DNA of 64,000 bases from NCBI GenBank assembly GCA_963666315.2, contig CAXXHG010000018.1:32001-96000 (forward strand), in the 5' to 3' direction. The notes beneath the pieces were generated by a model. It had not been told where the DNA came from and did not search any database. It was given only the letters and a program-made list of their open reading frames with translations. A program made the translations under genes and the position numbers. Position 1 is the stretch's first letter. Each line of letters opens with the position of its first letter. Origin of the DNA: Candidatus Binatia bacterium. GTDB taxonomy: Bacteria; Desulfobacterota; Binatia; Bin18. Shown piece after piece: positions 53,846 through 63,634 of the stretch.

Positions 53846-54394
53846 GTGAATACAACGATGAATACAACCATGCACGGAACAACTATTCTTACGGTTCGTC
53901 ATGACGGTAAAGTCGCTATGGCTGGCGATGGCCAAGTCAGTATGGGAGACACGGTTGTGAAGCATGCAGCGCGCAAGGTGCGCCGTCTCCACAACGACCG
54001 TATTCTGGCTGGATTTGCAGGCGGCACCGCCGACGCCATCACCTTATGCGAAAAGTTTGAAGACAAGCTGGAAGAGTATAACGGCAATCTTCGACGGGCG
54101 GCGGTCGAACTCGCCCGGGACTGGCGGACGGACCGGGTCCTACGGCATCTCGAAGCCCTTATGGCGGTGGTCGATAACGAGTCGTCATTGCTGATCTCCG
54201 GGAGCGGGGATGTACTTGAGCCCGATGACGGGATCTTGGCCATTGGGTCCGGGGGCAACTATGCGCTTGCCGCCGCACGCGCGTTAGTGAGCCACACCGC
54301 GCTTGACGCTGTCACCATAGTCGAAGAAGCCATGCGCATCGCCAGCGCTATTTGCGTATATACCAACGACCAAATCGCAGTGGAGGAGTTGTAA
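53846..54394 (+). CDS. hslV: ATP-dependent protease subunit HslV
   Basis: GTTIL, GDGQV, GSGGNYA. Confidence 0.97.
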   Translation: MNTTMNTTMHGTTILTVRHDGKVAMAGDGQVSMGDTVVKHAARKVRRLHNDRILAGFAGGTADAITLCEKFEDKLEEYNGNLRRAAVELARDWRTDRVLRHLEALMAVVDNESSLLISGSGDVLEPDDGILAIGSGGNYALAAARALVSHTALDAVTIVEEAMRIASAICVYTNDQIAVEEL

Positions 54395-54395
54395 T

Positions 54396-55784
54396 ATGAC
54401 GGATGTCGTCGACAGGACTCCTACTCGTATCCAGGAAATTGGCGCCCAGGTCATGACCCCACGGGAAATCGTGTCCGAATTGGACCGCTATATTATCGGC
54501 CAGACGAAGGCCAAACGAGCGGTCGCCATTGCGCTCCGGAACCGCTGGCGCCGTCAGCAAGTCCCGGAAGATCTGCGCGACGAAATTGCACCGAAAAATA
54601 TTCTGATGATAGGCCCAACCGGCGTCGGCAAGACCGAAATCGCCCGCCGCCTCGCCCGTCTTGCCCAAGCGCCTTTTATTAAAGTTGAGGCTTCGAAGTT
54701 TACCGAGGTCGGCTATGTCGGACGTGATGTAGAATCCATGGTTCGTGATCTCACTGAGCTTGGTGTCAGCATGGTCAAACGCGAAGAGAAAGAGCGGATT
54801 CAAATCAAGGCCCAGGCCCAAGCCGAAGAACGTCTCCTCGACCTCCTCCTTCCCCCGACACCCTCGTCAGCTGGTCTTGACGAGAGTGCAACGAATAGTG
54901 CAAGCCTCAGCACGCGGGAAAAGATGCGCCGGATGCTGCATGAGGGCAAGCTCGATGAGCGCGAGGTCGAACTCGAAGTCACGCGTTCCGTTACCCCATT
55001 CGTCGAAGTCATGGCTCCCCAAGGTATGGAGGAAATGGAGAGCCAACTCAAAGAGATGTTCTCCCACATCATGCCCAAGCAAACCAAAAAACGCCACATG
55101 AAGGTGTCGGAGGCACTGGAGGTTTTGACGCTGGAGGAAGCTGACAAGCTGGTCGACATGGAAGCGGTGGTCCACGAAGCCGTCCGTCGGATCGAACAGA
55201 CCGGTATTATCTTTATTGACGAGATCGATAAAATCGCAGGCCGAGAAAACGTGCATGGCGCGGATGTATCCCGCCAGGGGGTGCAGCGCGACCTCCTGCC
55301 CCTGGTTGAAGGGTGTACGGTCAGTACCAAGTACGGCATAGTGCGCACGGATCACATACTGTTTGTCGCCTCAGGCGCCTTCCATACCGCAAAGCCGTCA
55401 GATCTCATCCCGGAATTTCAAGGTCGGTTTCCGATTCGTGTGGAGCTCGAATCTCTCACGCATGAAGATTTTGTCCGGATTCTGACCGAGCCGAAAAACG
55501 CACTCCTGACCCAGTACGTAGCGCTGCTTGGCACCGAAGATGTCATACTCAGTTTTGCGTCTGATGCGGTCGAAGAGATTGCGCGTATTGCTGCGGTGGT
55601 GAATGAACGCACCGAAAACATCGGGGCTCGCCGTTTGCACACCGTTGTCGAACGACTCATTGAAGACCTGTCTTTTGATGCTCCAGAGTTAAGCGGCCGT
55701 GAGATCCCCATCGATGCGAAATATGTACGGGATAAGCTGGATGCCATCGTGAAAGACCAAGACCTGTCGCGGTATATTCTGTGA
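54396..55784 (+). CDS. hslU: ATP-dependent protease ATPase HslU
   Basis: [26 protein letters not shown]. Confidence 0.98.
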   Translation: MTDVVDRTPTRIQEIGAQVMTPREIVSELDRYIIGQTKAKRAVAIALRNRWRRQQVPEDLRDEIAPKNILMIGPTGVGKTEIARRLARLAQAPFIKVEASKFTEVGYVGRDVESMVRDLTELGVSMVKREEKERIQIKAQAQAEERLLDLLLPPTPSSAGLDESATNSASLSTREKMRRMLHEGKLDEREVELEVTRSVTPFVEVMAPQGMEEMESQLKEMFSHIMPKQTKKRHMKVSEALEVLTLEEADKLVDMEAVVHEAVRRIEQTGIIFIDEIDKIAGRENVHGADVSRQGVQRDLLPLVEGCTVSTKYGIVRTDHILFVASGAFHTAKPSDLIPEFQGRFPIRVELESLTHEDFVRILTEPKNALLTQYVALLGTEDVILSFASDAVEEIARIAAVVNERTENIGARRLHTVVERLIEDLSFDAPELSGREIPIDAKYVRDKLDAIVKDQDLSRYIL

Positions 55785-55899
55785 CAGGAAAGGACTTTTC
55801 CTGGAGAACACACAGCCTGCTCTCACCTGAGCGATAAACAGGAAAGGGCCGAGAATTCTGCCCTTTTCTCCTGGCTCTTTTCGGGATACTCAGACTTAC

Positions 55900-56181
55900 T
55901 TACTTTGAGACACTCAGACTAGACCTGCCCACCTGTACCGGTGCCGACACGCGCATTTCATTCTGCTCAACCGAGTGATGTATAAACTCCATGTTAAATC
56001 CGTCCGGATCGATATCAATATGCTTCCGAATGGCAGCCAGGATATCTCTACGGAGCGCCTCTCTCTTTTTGGGTGTTAAGCCCAGCCGGTCTTCCTGCAA
56101 GACAAGCAGCAGCCGGTTTTTAGCGTCAGTCTTGCTTCCAGTTCCGCCTAAAAATCGCTGAATGATTTGTTCCCATGTCAT
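55900..56181 (-). CDS. minE: Cell division topological specificity factor
   Basis: AKNRLLLVL..DR; follows minD. Confidence 0.88.
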   Translation of the reverse strand: MTWEQIIQRFLGGTGSKTDAKNRLLLVLQEDRLGLTPKKREALRRDILAAIRKHIDIDPDGFNMEFIHHSVEQNEMRVSAPVQVGRSSLSVSK

Positions 56182-56184
56182 GAC

Positions 56185-56979
56185 TTAGCTCCCAAAGAAT
56201 ATTTTACCGAGCCGCTGTGCCAAACCGCCATGCCCGTTTAGCTTGGGAATTGGAATTTCTTCCCCTAGCATCCTGCGGACAATACGATCGTACGCCTTGC
56301 CGGATGGCGAGCCACCGTTGAGGACTACCGGGGAGCCCTTATTGCCGGCAATGATGACCGCTTCGTCTTCAGGAACGATGCCCAAGAGCTGGATCGCCAA
56401 GATGTCAAGGACATCCTGTTGGTCCAACATATCACCCCGTCTCACCATAGCCATGGACATCCGATTGATGATGAGCTGGGGATCGCCCAAGGACGACTGC
56501 AGCAATCCGATGACTCGATCCGCATCGCGAACCGGAGAGACATCGGGTGTGGTCACTATAATCGCCTCGTCTGCCGCAGCAACCGCGTTTCGAAAGCCTT
56601 GTTCGATTCCAGCCGGACAGTCGATCAAGACAAAATCAAATTCTTCTTTGAGCTGAGCGGACAGCTCCCGCATCTGATCAGCGCTTACGGCGTCCTTTTG
56701 GTCAACTTGCGAGGCCGGGATCAGAAATAGATTAGAAATCCGCTTGTCTTTGACGAGGGCCTGTCTGGGCTGGCAGCGGCCGCTCACAACATCCACAATA
56801 TTATAGACGACGCGGTTCTCTACCCCGAGGATGAGATCGAGATTGCGTAACCCGATGTCCCCGTCAATCATGACGACCTTCCGGTCATGGCTGGCAAGGC
56901 CAAGGCCGATATTCGCGGTCGCCGTCGTTTTTCCCACCCCGCCCTTACCCGAGGTGACGACAATTGCTCGTCCGCTCAT
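56185..56979 (-). CDS. minD: Septum site-determining ATPase MinD
   Basis: SGKGGVGKTT, DIGLRNLD, DCPAGIE, C-terminal amphipathic helix. Confidence 0.97.
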   Translation of the reverse strand: MSGRAIVVTSGKGGVGKTTATANIGLGLASHDRKVVMIDGDIGLRNLDLILGVENRVVYNIVDVVSGRCQPRQALVKDKRISNLFLIPASQVDQKDAVSADQMRELSAQLKEEFDFVLIDCPAGIEQGFRNAVAAADEAIIVTTPDVSPVRDADRVIGLLQSSLGDPQLIINRMSMAMVRRGDMLDQQDVLDILAIQLLGIVPEDEAVIIAGNKGSPVVLNGGSPSGKAYDRIVRRMLGEEIPIPKLNGHGGLAQRLGKIFFGS

Positions 56980-56990
56980 GGCGCGCCCTC

Positions 56991-57689
56991 CTATAGTTTT
57001 CCTTTGTATGGTTCAATCACAATTTGCTCATCAAAAATTCGAGCGACTTCCGGATGTACCGTCCCTCGATGGTTTTGCCCATCCTCCGGTATCGCGATCA
57101 GGGGTCCAATCCGGAGCTGTAGTGGCATAAAATTGAGCGCAACAACCACCGCTTTCGTGTTATCGGGATAGCCGGCATGGACCACCCCGCGCAACGTTCC
57201 CATGACAACCACATCTCCTCCAGCAATAATTTCTGCTCCCTGGTTTACATCACCAACCAGGACGACATCTCCGTCAAAGACTTTTTTCTGCCCACCGCGC
57301 ATGCCGCGCCGTAGGTAGAGTGCGCCATTCCCCTGCTGAGCGGTTTCTTGGTCTTTCTTACGCTCACGGGTTGACAGCAAATTTTGTCGAACGGGCAAGC
57401 CTTCTTTGTACAAGAGGTCTCGGCTTGCCGACGAGCTCGCCACTGCATAACGGAGGAGGAGGCCTTCACGGTGCAGCGTGTCTTTGAGCTGCCACCATTC
57501 TTCCTTATGCAGCACCCGCCCTCCAAAATGGAGAACAATAGGGGAGTCGCGGAAGAAGCCGTTCGCCCGCGTCAGTTCTTCTTCGACGGCCGCAATCACG
57601 TCACAGAACGACGCTTGATCATCGAAGAGGAATGTTGGCCCTCCCTTGAGCCCTTTTATTGAAAATAGCGGCACGCCTTCCTGAGGCAC
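56991..57689 (-). CDS. minC: Septum site-determining protein MinC
   Basis: RGGQ, GDVNQGAEIIAGG, LRGVVHAG. Confidence 0.93.
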   Translation of the reverse strand: MPQEGVPLFSIKGLKGGPTFLFDDQASFCDVIAAVEEELTRANGFFRDSPIVLHFGGRVLHKEEWWQLKDTLHREGLLLRYAVASSSASRDLLYKEGLPVRQNLLSTRERKKDQETAQQGNGALYLRRGMRGGQKKVFDGDVVLVGDVNQGAEIIAGGDVVVMGTLRGVVHAGYPDNTKAVVVALNFMPLQLRIGPLIAIPEDGQNHRGTVHPEVARIFDEQIVIEPYKGKL

Positions 57690-57733
57690 TCACCACCTCC
57701 ACCCACACACTGACTTTGCCCACTTCGGACGAC

Positions 57734-57781
57734 CCACCACACCTTGTAGCAAAAAAATCGTCAGACTACAATATCTAGTGG
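57734..57781. promoter_or_regulatory. Tandem NrdR-box-like sites
   Basis: CCACCACACCTTGTAG (57734) and CTACAATATCTAGTGG (57766), 32 bp apart. Confidence 0.6.
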
Positions 57782-57900
57782 GTAAGATTTTTGGGCAAGT
57801 ATAGACTTTTCCCTATCCCCGCCCTAGTTGCGAGCTGTGTTCAGACAGGTATAACAACAGCCTGAAGGATTATTGGTACTACGAAGGAGGTCAACGTAAT

Positions 57901-58020
57901 ATGCATAGAGAGAGAGATCAAGAAATCCGCCGGCGTCGCAAACGCCGTAAAGAGGCACTCAAACGTCGCATCAAAGAACTCAAGACACAGGCAAAGGAAC
58001 GCAAAGTGGCAGTCTCGTAG
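57901..58020 (+). CDS. Small basic protein, 39 aa (DUF6800-like)
   Basis: MHRERDQEIRRRRKRRKEALKRRIKELKTQAKERKVAVS*; AAGGAGGT RBS. Confidence 0.7.
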   Translation: MHRERDQEIRRRRKRRKEALKRRIKELKTQAKERKVAVS

Positions 58021-58064
58021 CCCTGGCGCTGCAGTCTCCCAGAGAATGCGTACGCTCATGTGCA

Positions 58065-58901
58065 TTAGCGTACGTGCAGATCAAAGTGGGCCGTGCCGGA
58101 TCGGAGCGTGACCTTGCCCTGCTGAATCTCAACGACCGTGTAGCCACTGACGGAATCGCCCTCATGCACGAGGGTGAGGGGCCCATCCCCAACCCTCACA
58201 AAGGCCTTACGTCTTGCTGCTTCAGGCGACCACTGTAAAAAACTGACGGCAGAGCCAGCGGGTGCGGAAACGGAACCGTCTAGCGGCTTCGCTATTGCAG
58301 CGTACTCAGCTTGCTCGGCTCGTTCCTTGAGGTTATCTCGTTCGTCTAATGCATGGTGTACATCCCGCCCATCGTGCATATCCCGTCCATCCTGTCCATC
58401 CCGCACCCCCATGGGCTCGGAGGTGAGAGATTCCCTTTCTAGCTCCAGTTCATCATCAGACCTACGTCGCTCTAACAGGTCAGATTGGACCTGTGGTTCA
58501 CTGACAGGCTCAACTCGTGTGCGCTGGGGAGACGGGCGGCGGGCAGGGACGAAGGGAGAACCCTCAACAGAGGGTGATGCAGCCAAGGGGTCACGCTTAG
58601 GGGAGTCACGCCTGGAAACGAGAGGCGAGTGCAACGGAGCCCCCTCGCCAGGACTCTCTGTTGCCAGTGAAGTCCCCCCTTCAGACGTATCGAAGTCTTC
58701 ATCAGGTTGACGAGCAATCCACATTCCGGCCACAAAGCCTGCGAGAATAAAACTCGCACCGACAATCCAGAGCAATGATCTACGGGGAGAGGATGAGGAT
58801 GAACGCCGAGCGGAGAGCGTGAGAAGTCGGGTACGCGTATCCAGGCTCTGCACCCGACTTTGCTCTTCAATCTTTCGGAGTGCATCAAGGATGGTACTCA
58901 T
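58065..58901 (-). CDS. General secretion pathway protein GspB-like
   Basis: MSTILDALRKIE N-terminus, TM helix, C-terminal VHEGDSV domain; follows the ExeA-like gene. Confidence 0.8.
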   Translation of the reverse strand: MSTILDALRKIEEQSRVQSLDTRTRLLTLSARRSSSSSPRRSLLWIVGASFILAGFVAGMWIARQPDEDFDTSEGGTSLATESPGEGAPLHSPLVSRRDSPKRDPLAASPSVEGSPFVPARRPSPQRTRVEPVSEPQVQSDLLERRRSDDELELERESLTSEPMGVRDGQDGRDMHDGRDVHHALDERDNLKERAEQAEYAAIAKPLDGSVSAPAGSAVSFLQWSPEAARRKAFVRVGDGPLTLVHEGDSVSGYTVVEIQQGKVTLRSGTAHFDLHVR

Positions 58902-60751
58902 GACTCTCCCTCGACGTAAGATGCTCGGCTCGCGTCGGCTCGCTTGTCACCTTTCCCTGTGGCTACGCCGTTGTAAGGAGAGAGGGGACTCGCCGCCGCC
59001 CCGATGCTGCTCAGACTCGGGGGGGTATACTCAGGCTGGCCTTTATACAAAAGGATAAGCGTTCGCGGGCCAACAATCCCGTCTGCTACGAGACGCTGCA
59101 TGTGCTGAAATCGCGCAACTGCCTTTTGCGTGCGTTGCCCGAAAAATTGGGTGCGTCTCCCTCCAAGCTCTCCAAGTAAAAACGCTCCCTCGGCGTGTTG
59201 CCCAACGTTTGCCAACAAGTCCTGCAACTTCTCGACTGACTTCCCTACGCTGCCAACGCTGAGTAAGGATCCGATCTGTTCAAAATCTTTCCAAAACAGA
59301 TGGGCCTCGCCAAACCAGTTATTGGTAATGGATTCGAGCGGCAGCGTATACTCCTGCCTGAGCTGGACAAGACAATGAGTCTGCGCCATCTGACGGATCA
59401 GGACAAAACGGGTTTCTCCGGAAGGCGGAATGGTAATCCCTACCATCACAGGTAGATCGAGACGCGAGAGGAGTCTGGCATCTCCAGTCACCGAGAGGTA
59501 GTCAAGCTGGCGTGCCGCCGCAATCGCTTCAAGGTCAAGATTGCCCCCTTGCCAGTCGGCCTTCTGTAGAGCCGCACTGTGCCAAGCGGTGAGAAGATTC
59601 TGTGTCGCCTGGACCGCGCTGGCCATCATATCGACCTGCTGAAGCTCTTGGAAAAAGGCAGAAGAAGAAGCCGGACCTGGGATTTCAGGCAGCTGCGAGG
59701 CCGGAGCAGAGAGAGAAGCCCCCGCGTCTTCTTGCGAGGCAAGACCTCTCGGCGTCTCTCCTAGCAATGGCGTGACAGCCGCGGGAGCAACACCTGCAGC
59801 CTCTTCCGGGTGCGATACCATCCAAACCGGTCTCTTCCATGCAGTTGGTACACCAAAAATTGCCCACACAAGAAGGAATCCGCCCATCACCAGCGTAATC
59901 GACGCAGCAATCGGAGACCAACGATAGTGCCGCGCCCCAGTTGCATGCTGGCGTAGCTCCCGCGCGGCCTGCCGAACGATCTGTGGACTAATGCACGTCT
60001 CCTCTTGCGTATAGCCAATAAGGAGGGCGCGATGACACAGGGTATTGATAAGACGAGGTACACCGTGAGAAAACCGATGCACCTGACGAAGACCGCGAGC
60101 CGGAAAGAGTAGCGTTTCTCGTTCCGCTCCAGCAATGCGCAGACGATGGCGAACATACGCGGCGGTCTCTTCTGCATCGAGTGGCCCCAGATGCCAGCGT
60201 AACGTCACCCGCTGATCCAGTTGGGCAAGCCCCGACTGGGCAAGCATGTCGCGGAGTTCCGGTTGTCCCACAAGGATGATGTGCAGGAGTTTCTCTCGTT
60301 CAGTCTCAAGATTGGATAGGAGCCGGAGCTGCTCAAGAACGGACGGTTCAAGATCTTGGGCTTCGTCAACAATCACGACCACACGTCGGCCGGCAGCCTG
60401 TTGGTCAAGAAGGAAACGGTTGAGATCGTCAGTCAGATATTTTTTGCTTGGGGAGTCGGCGGGAAGTCCAAGATCGGCATTAATCGACTGTAAAAGCTCA
60501 ACAGATGAAAGAGCAGGATTAAAAATATACGCGACGGTGGTATGCTCATCAAAGTCGTTGATTAAGGTACGCAGGAGCGTTGTTTTCCCCGCACCGATCT
60601 CTCCAGTCAGCACCACCACGCCATTGCCTTCACTCACCCCAAACAGGAGGTGGCCAAGGGCCTCTTGGTGATTCGCGCTCAGGAAAAGATAGTGTGGATC
60701 CGGAGTGAGGCGAAACGGATTATCATCCAAACCGTAAAACGCTTCATACAT
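58898..60751 (-). CDS. ExeA/GspA AAA ATPase with peptidoglycan-binding domain
   Basis: PFRLTPDP, GEIGAGKT, VDEAQ, GVPRLIN, FQ...LVADGIVGPRT. Confidence 0.92.
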   Translation of the reverse strand: MYEAFYGLDDNPFRLTPDPHYLFLSANHQEALGHLLFGVSEGNGVVVLTGEIGAGKTTLLRTLINDFDEHTTVAYIFNPALSSVELLQSINADLGLPADSPSKKYLTDDLNRFLLDQQAAGRRVVVIVDEAQDLEPSVLEQLRLLSNLETEREKLLHIILVGQPELRDMLAQSGLAQLDQRVTLRWHLGPLDAEETAAYVRHRLRIAGAERETLLFPARGLRQVHRFSHGVPRLINTLCHRALLIGYTQEETCISPQIVRQAARELRQHATGARHYRWSPIAASITLVMGGFLLVWAIFGVPTAWKRPVWMVSHPEEAAGVAPAAVTPLLGETPRGLASQEDAGASLSAPASQLPEIPGPASSSAFFQELQQVDMMASAVQATQNLLTAWHSAALQKADWQGGNLDLEAIAAARQLDYLSVTGDARLLSRLDLPVMVGITIPPSGETRFVLIRQMAQTHCLVQLRQEYTLPLESITNNWFGEAHLFWKDFEQIGSLLSVGSVGKSVEKLQDLLANVGQHAEGAFLLGELGGRRTQFFGQRTQKAVARFQHMQRLVADGIVGPRTLILLYKGQPEYTPPSLSSIGAAASPLSPYNGVATGKGDKRADASRASYVEGES

Positions 60752-60774
60752 AGGCGTCTAGCAGACGGTAGCCG

Positions 60775-60825
60775 TCGCATAAATGCGGTTGGACTTATGC
60801 GGTTGCATAAATGCGGTCGCATTTA
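60775..60825. repeat. 14-bp-period tandem repeat with nested palindromes
   Basis: ATGCGGT at 60783, 60797, 60811; TAAATGCG-gt-CGCATTTA at 60808-60825. Confidence 0.75.
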
Positions 60826-60911
60826 TATTGAGCTGGGCTCAGTAGGGAGTCAAGGCCAAAGCCCATACGGATTGCCTTCACATCTCAGATTCGGTAGAAC
60901 GGGTCAGCATT

Positions 60912-62009
60912 ATGGACCAAGCGCGCGATACTCATTATGCAGCATCTGGTGTTGATAGCACCAAAGCTGAGGCAGGTTTAGATAGACTCCGCGCTTGGGT
61001 CGAGCAAACATTCCCCTTCAACCCCAGTGCTCGGCCGCATCTTCCCCTTGGATATTTTTCCAATATCATTCGTCTTGATGGTCTTACCCTCGGCATTGCC
61101 ATTACTACGGATGGAGTCGGGACCAAGCTCCTTGTTGCCGAGCTCATGGAGAAATACGACACGGTTGGCATTGATTGTATTGCCATGAACGTCAACGACC
61201 TGTTGTGCGTTGGTGCAACCCCGATCTCGTTTGTCGACTATCTCGCTGTTGAAACGTTGCAACCGGATGTGCTCGACGCGCTGGGTCAGGGCCTCTGTCG
61301 TGGGGCTGAGCTTGCGAGGGTTAATATTTCAGGTGGGGAAATCGCCCAGCTCAAAGAAATGATTCGGGGCATTCGAGACGGCAGCGGCTTGGACCTTGCC
61401 GGAACTGCCATTGGCACCGTTCCTCTTGACCGCGTCATTATTGGAAAGGATATCCAGCCTGGAGACACGGTCATCGGCCTGGCCAGCAGTGGTATTCATA
61501 GTAATGGTTTGACACTCGCGCGGCAGGTCTTATTGACGGATGCTCAGCTCACAGTCGAGAGCTATCTCCCAGAGTTCGGACGTACGGCGGGGGAAGAACT
61601 GCTCGAACCAACCCATATTTATGTGCCTGAAATTATCGCCATGTTTACGGCCGGCATCAATCTGAAAGCGCTCATCCATATCACGGGCGACGGCTTCTTT
61701 AATCTCACCCGGACCGAAGCTGCAATTGGTTATCATATTCACACCTTGCCACCACCGCTGCCGATCTTCACCGTGCTACAGCATGCTGGACAACTCACCG
61801 ATGCGGAAATGTATCAAGTCTATAATATGGGCATTGGCTTCTGCGTGATTGTAGCAGAAACAGATGCGGACCGAGTGATGCAGATCATAACCGAGCACGA
61901 CGGCCGTGCCTGGCAAATAGGAACGACGGTTGAATCGCCAGAGCGGACCATCACCATTGAACCACGACAGCTCCAGAGTCGTGAGGGTCATTTCGTTTCC
62001 CTCAAATAG
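60912..62009 (+). CDS. purM: Phosphoribosylformylglycinamidine cyclo-ligase
   Basis: YAASGVD, TDGVGTK, SSGIHSNG, HITGDG, NMGIG. Confidence 0.96.
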   Translation: MDQARDTHYAASGVDSTKAEAGLDRLRAWVEQTFPFNPSARPHLPLGYFSNIIRLDGLTLGIAITTDGVGTKLLVAELMEKYDTVGIDCIAMNVNDLLCVGATPISFVDYLAVETLQPDVLDALGQGLCRGAELARVNISGGEIAQLKEMIRGIRDGSGLDLAGTAIGTVPLDRVIIGKDIQPGDTVIGLASSGIHSNGLTLARQVLLTDAQLTVESYLPEFGRTAGEELLEPTHIYVPEIIAMFTAGINLKALIHITGDGFFNLTRTEAAIGYHIHTLPPPLPIFTVLQHAGQLTDAEMYQVYNMGIGFCVIVAETDADRVMQIITEHDGRAWQIGTTVESPERTITIEPRQLQSREGHFVSLK

Positions 62010-62020
62010 CCGTTCCTACT

Positions 62021-62377
62021 ATGGCCGACCTCACCACGCTCAATAACGAGTCGCTCATTGAGCTTATCGTTGTGGGAAGAAAAACCGGACAACCACGTCG
62101 CGTCAAAATCTGGTTTGTTGCGACCAATGACAAGATCTATGTCACCTCCGGCAGAGGATCGGACGCGCAGTGGATTAAAAACCTGAAACACACCGCAACG
62201 GTCACGTGTCAAATCGGCTCCACCCAGTTGCAAGCAATCGCCACGTGGCTGGAGGGGTCATACGTTCAAGAAGACATATTTCCGCTGTTTTTTCGGAAGT
62301 ACTTTCTCGCCCGAATCTTCGGCTGGATCGGCTGGTATAGAGAAGCCTTTGCGTTTGAGATCACCCCCATTTCCTAA
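62021..62377 (+). CDS. Deazaflavin-dependent nitroreductase-like (split beta-barrel) protein
   Basis: GRKTGQPRRVKIWF, QWIKNL. Confidence 0.75.
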   Translation: MADLTTLNNESLIELIVVGRKTGQPRRVKIWFVATNDKIYVTSGRGSDAQWIKNLKHTATVTCQIGSTQLQAIATWLEGSYVQEDIFPLFFRKYFLARIFGWIGWYREAFAFEITPIS

Positions 62378-62930
62378 CCTCCTCCTGGGCACGTTTACCA
62401 GGACCAGCAGTGGCCTCTATATGGGGGGGACGTCACGCCCGCATAGTGTGCTAGAGGGGCTACCATCAGCACTGTAGCCTGGATGAAATGACGTGGAATC
62501 CGGGGACTATGCGCGTAGGGGCCAGAATAGTAGAAGCAGGGGTGGAACGGTCACTGACTAATCCCCAAAACTGCTTTGATATTGGGAGGTTAGAATGGTT
62601 CTCTACAGTGAAGAGAGGGCTATGGCAACGAAACCGAGGAAACTGGGCCATTTGAGAACGAAAGGAATGTGATTTTCAATACTTGCCATAACTGACATAA
62701 CTGTAAGTGATATATGAAGTGAAGGCTGTTCCCCCCTCCTCTCCGTCTGGGTCACGATCTTGCCTGGCACCGGAATAATCTAGCGTTTCTTATCTCTTAC
62801 GGGCAATGCCGAGAACGGAGCGCAGTGGCTTAATCAGCCACGTCTATCGTCCCATCTCGTGAAATGGCCCAATTCCCAACGAATCGTTGCCGGCATCCTC
62901 TCCGACACAGCTCAATGGAAAGCGAGGATA

Positions 62931-62957
62931 GATTCTTCGCTATCGCTCAGAATGACA
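62931..62957. repeat. REP-like half element
   Basis: GATTCTTCGCTATCGCTCAGAATGACA imperfect palindrome. Confidence 0.55.
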
Positions 62958-63032
62958 GACAAAGACGATACTCGCTACGCTCCTCTTAGCGTAGTCGCTT
63001 GAATAGAGAGAGGCAAAATTCGGAATATTCCG

Positions 63033-63611
63033 CTACGTAAAGGTCTCTTTGACCTGAAGCGTGAATCCAGGCAGGGGTCGTGAACGGAGGGTATCGCGGA
63101 CGGTAAAGACTTTTCCACGACCGAAACGACGCCCCGAATGATGATAGACTGTGACTTCTTTACGTTTGGGGTCGACAATCCAATACTCTTCAACACCGTT
63201 CTCTTCGTACACAGACCTTTTCTCAGTCCTATCCTTCTGCGCGGTCGCAGGAGAGAGAATCTCGACAACGATATTTGGAACAAGACGGATAAATTGTTCA
63301 GGTTGAGGGGCCGGACCAGCCTTGATCTTAGAATCAGACAGAAAAGACACATCGGGTTCCACCGTATCCCCAGACGGCAAGTCGTAGCCCGCGCTAGAGC
63401 CGAGAATGAGTCCACGTTTCTGTGACCGCACAAAGACCGCCGGTGCGGTCACAATATTTGCTTCTATAGATCCGTGCGGCCAGCTCATCACAATCCTCCC
63501 CCGCAACAACTCATAGTGATTGAGATCACCGGCCGACCGCTCATCCAGCCAGTGCCTAAACTCTTTTTGAGTAAACGTCTCGGTTGAGACAAAAGCGGTT
63601 TGTACAGACAT
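63033..63611 (-). CDS. Uma2 (DUF820) family endonuclease-like protein
   Basis: YELLRG, VEPDVSF, VVEILSP, GVEEYWIVDP. Confidence 0.9.
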   Translation of the reverse strand: MSVQTAFVSTETFTQKEFRHWLDERSAGDLNHYELLRGRIVMSWPHGSIEANIVTAPAVFVRSQKRGLILGSSAGYDLPSGDTVEPDVSFLSDSKIKAGPAPQPEQFIRLVPNIVVEILSPATAQKDRTEKRSVYEENGVEEYWIVDPKRKEVTVYHHSGRRFGRGKVFTVRDTLRSRPLPGFTLQVKETFT

Positions 63612-63634
63612 GGGGTTGCCCTAATACACTGGAC

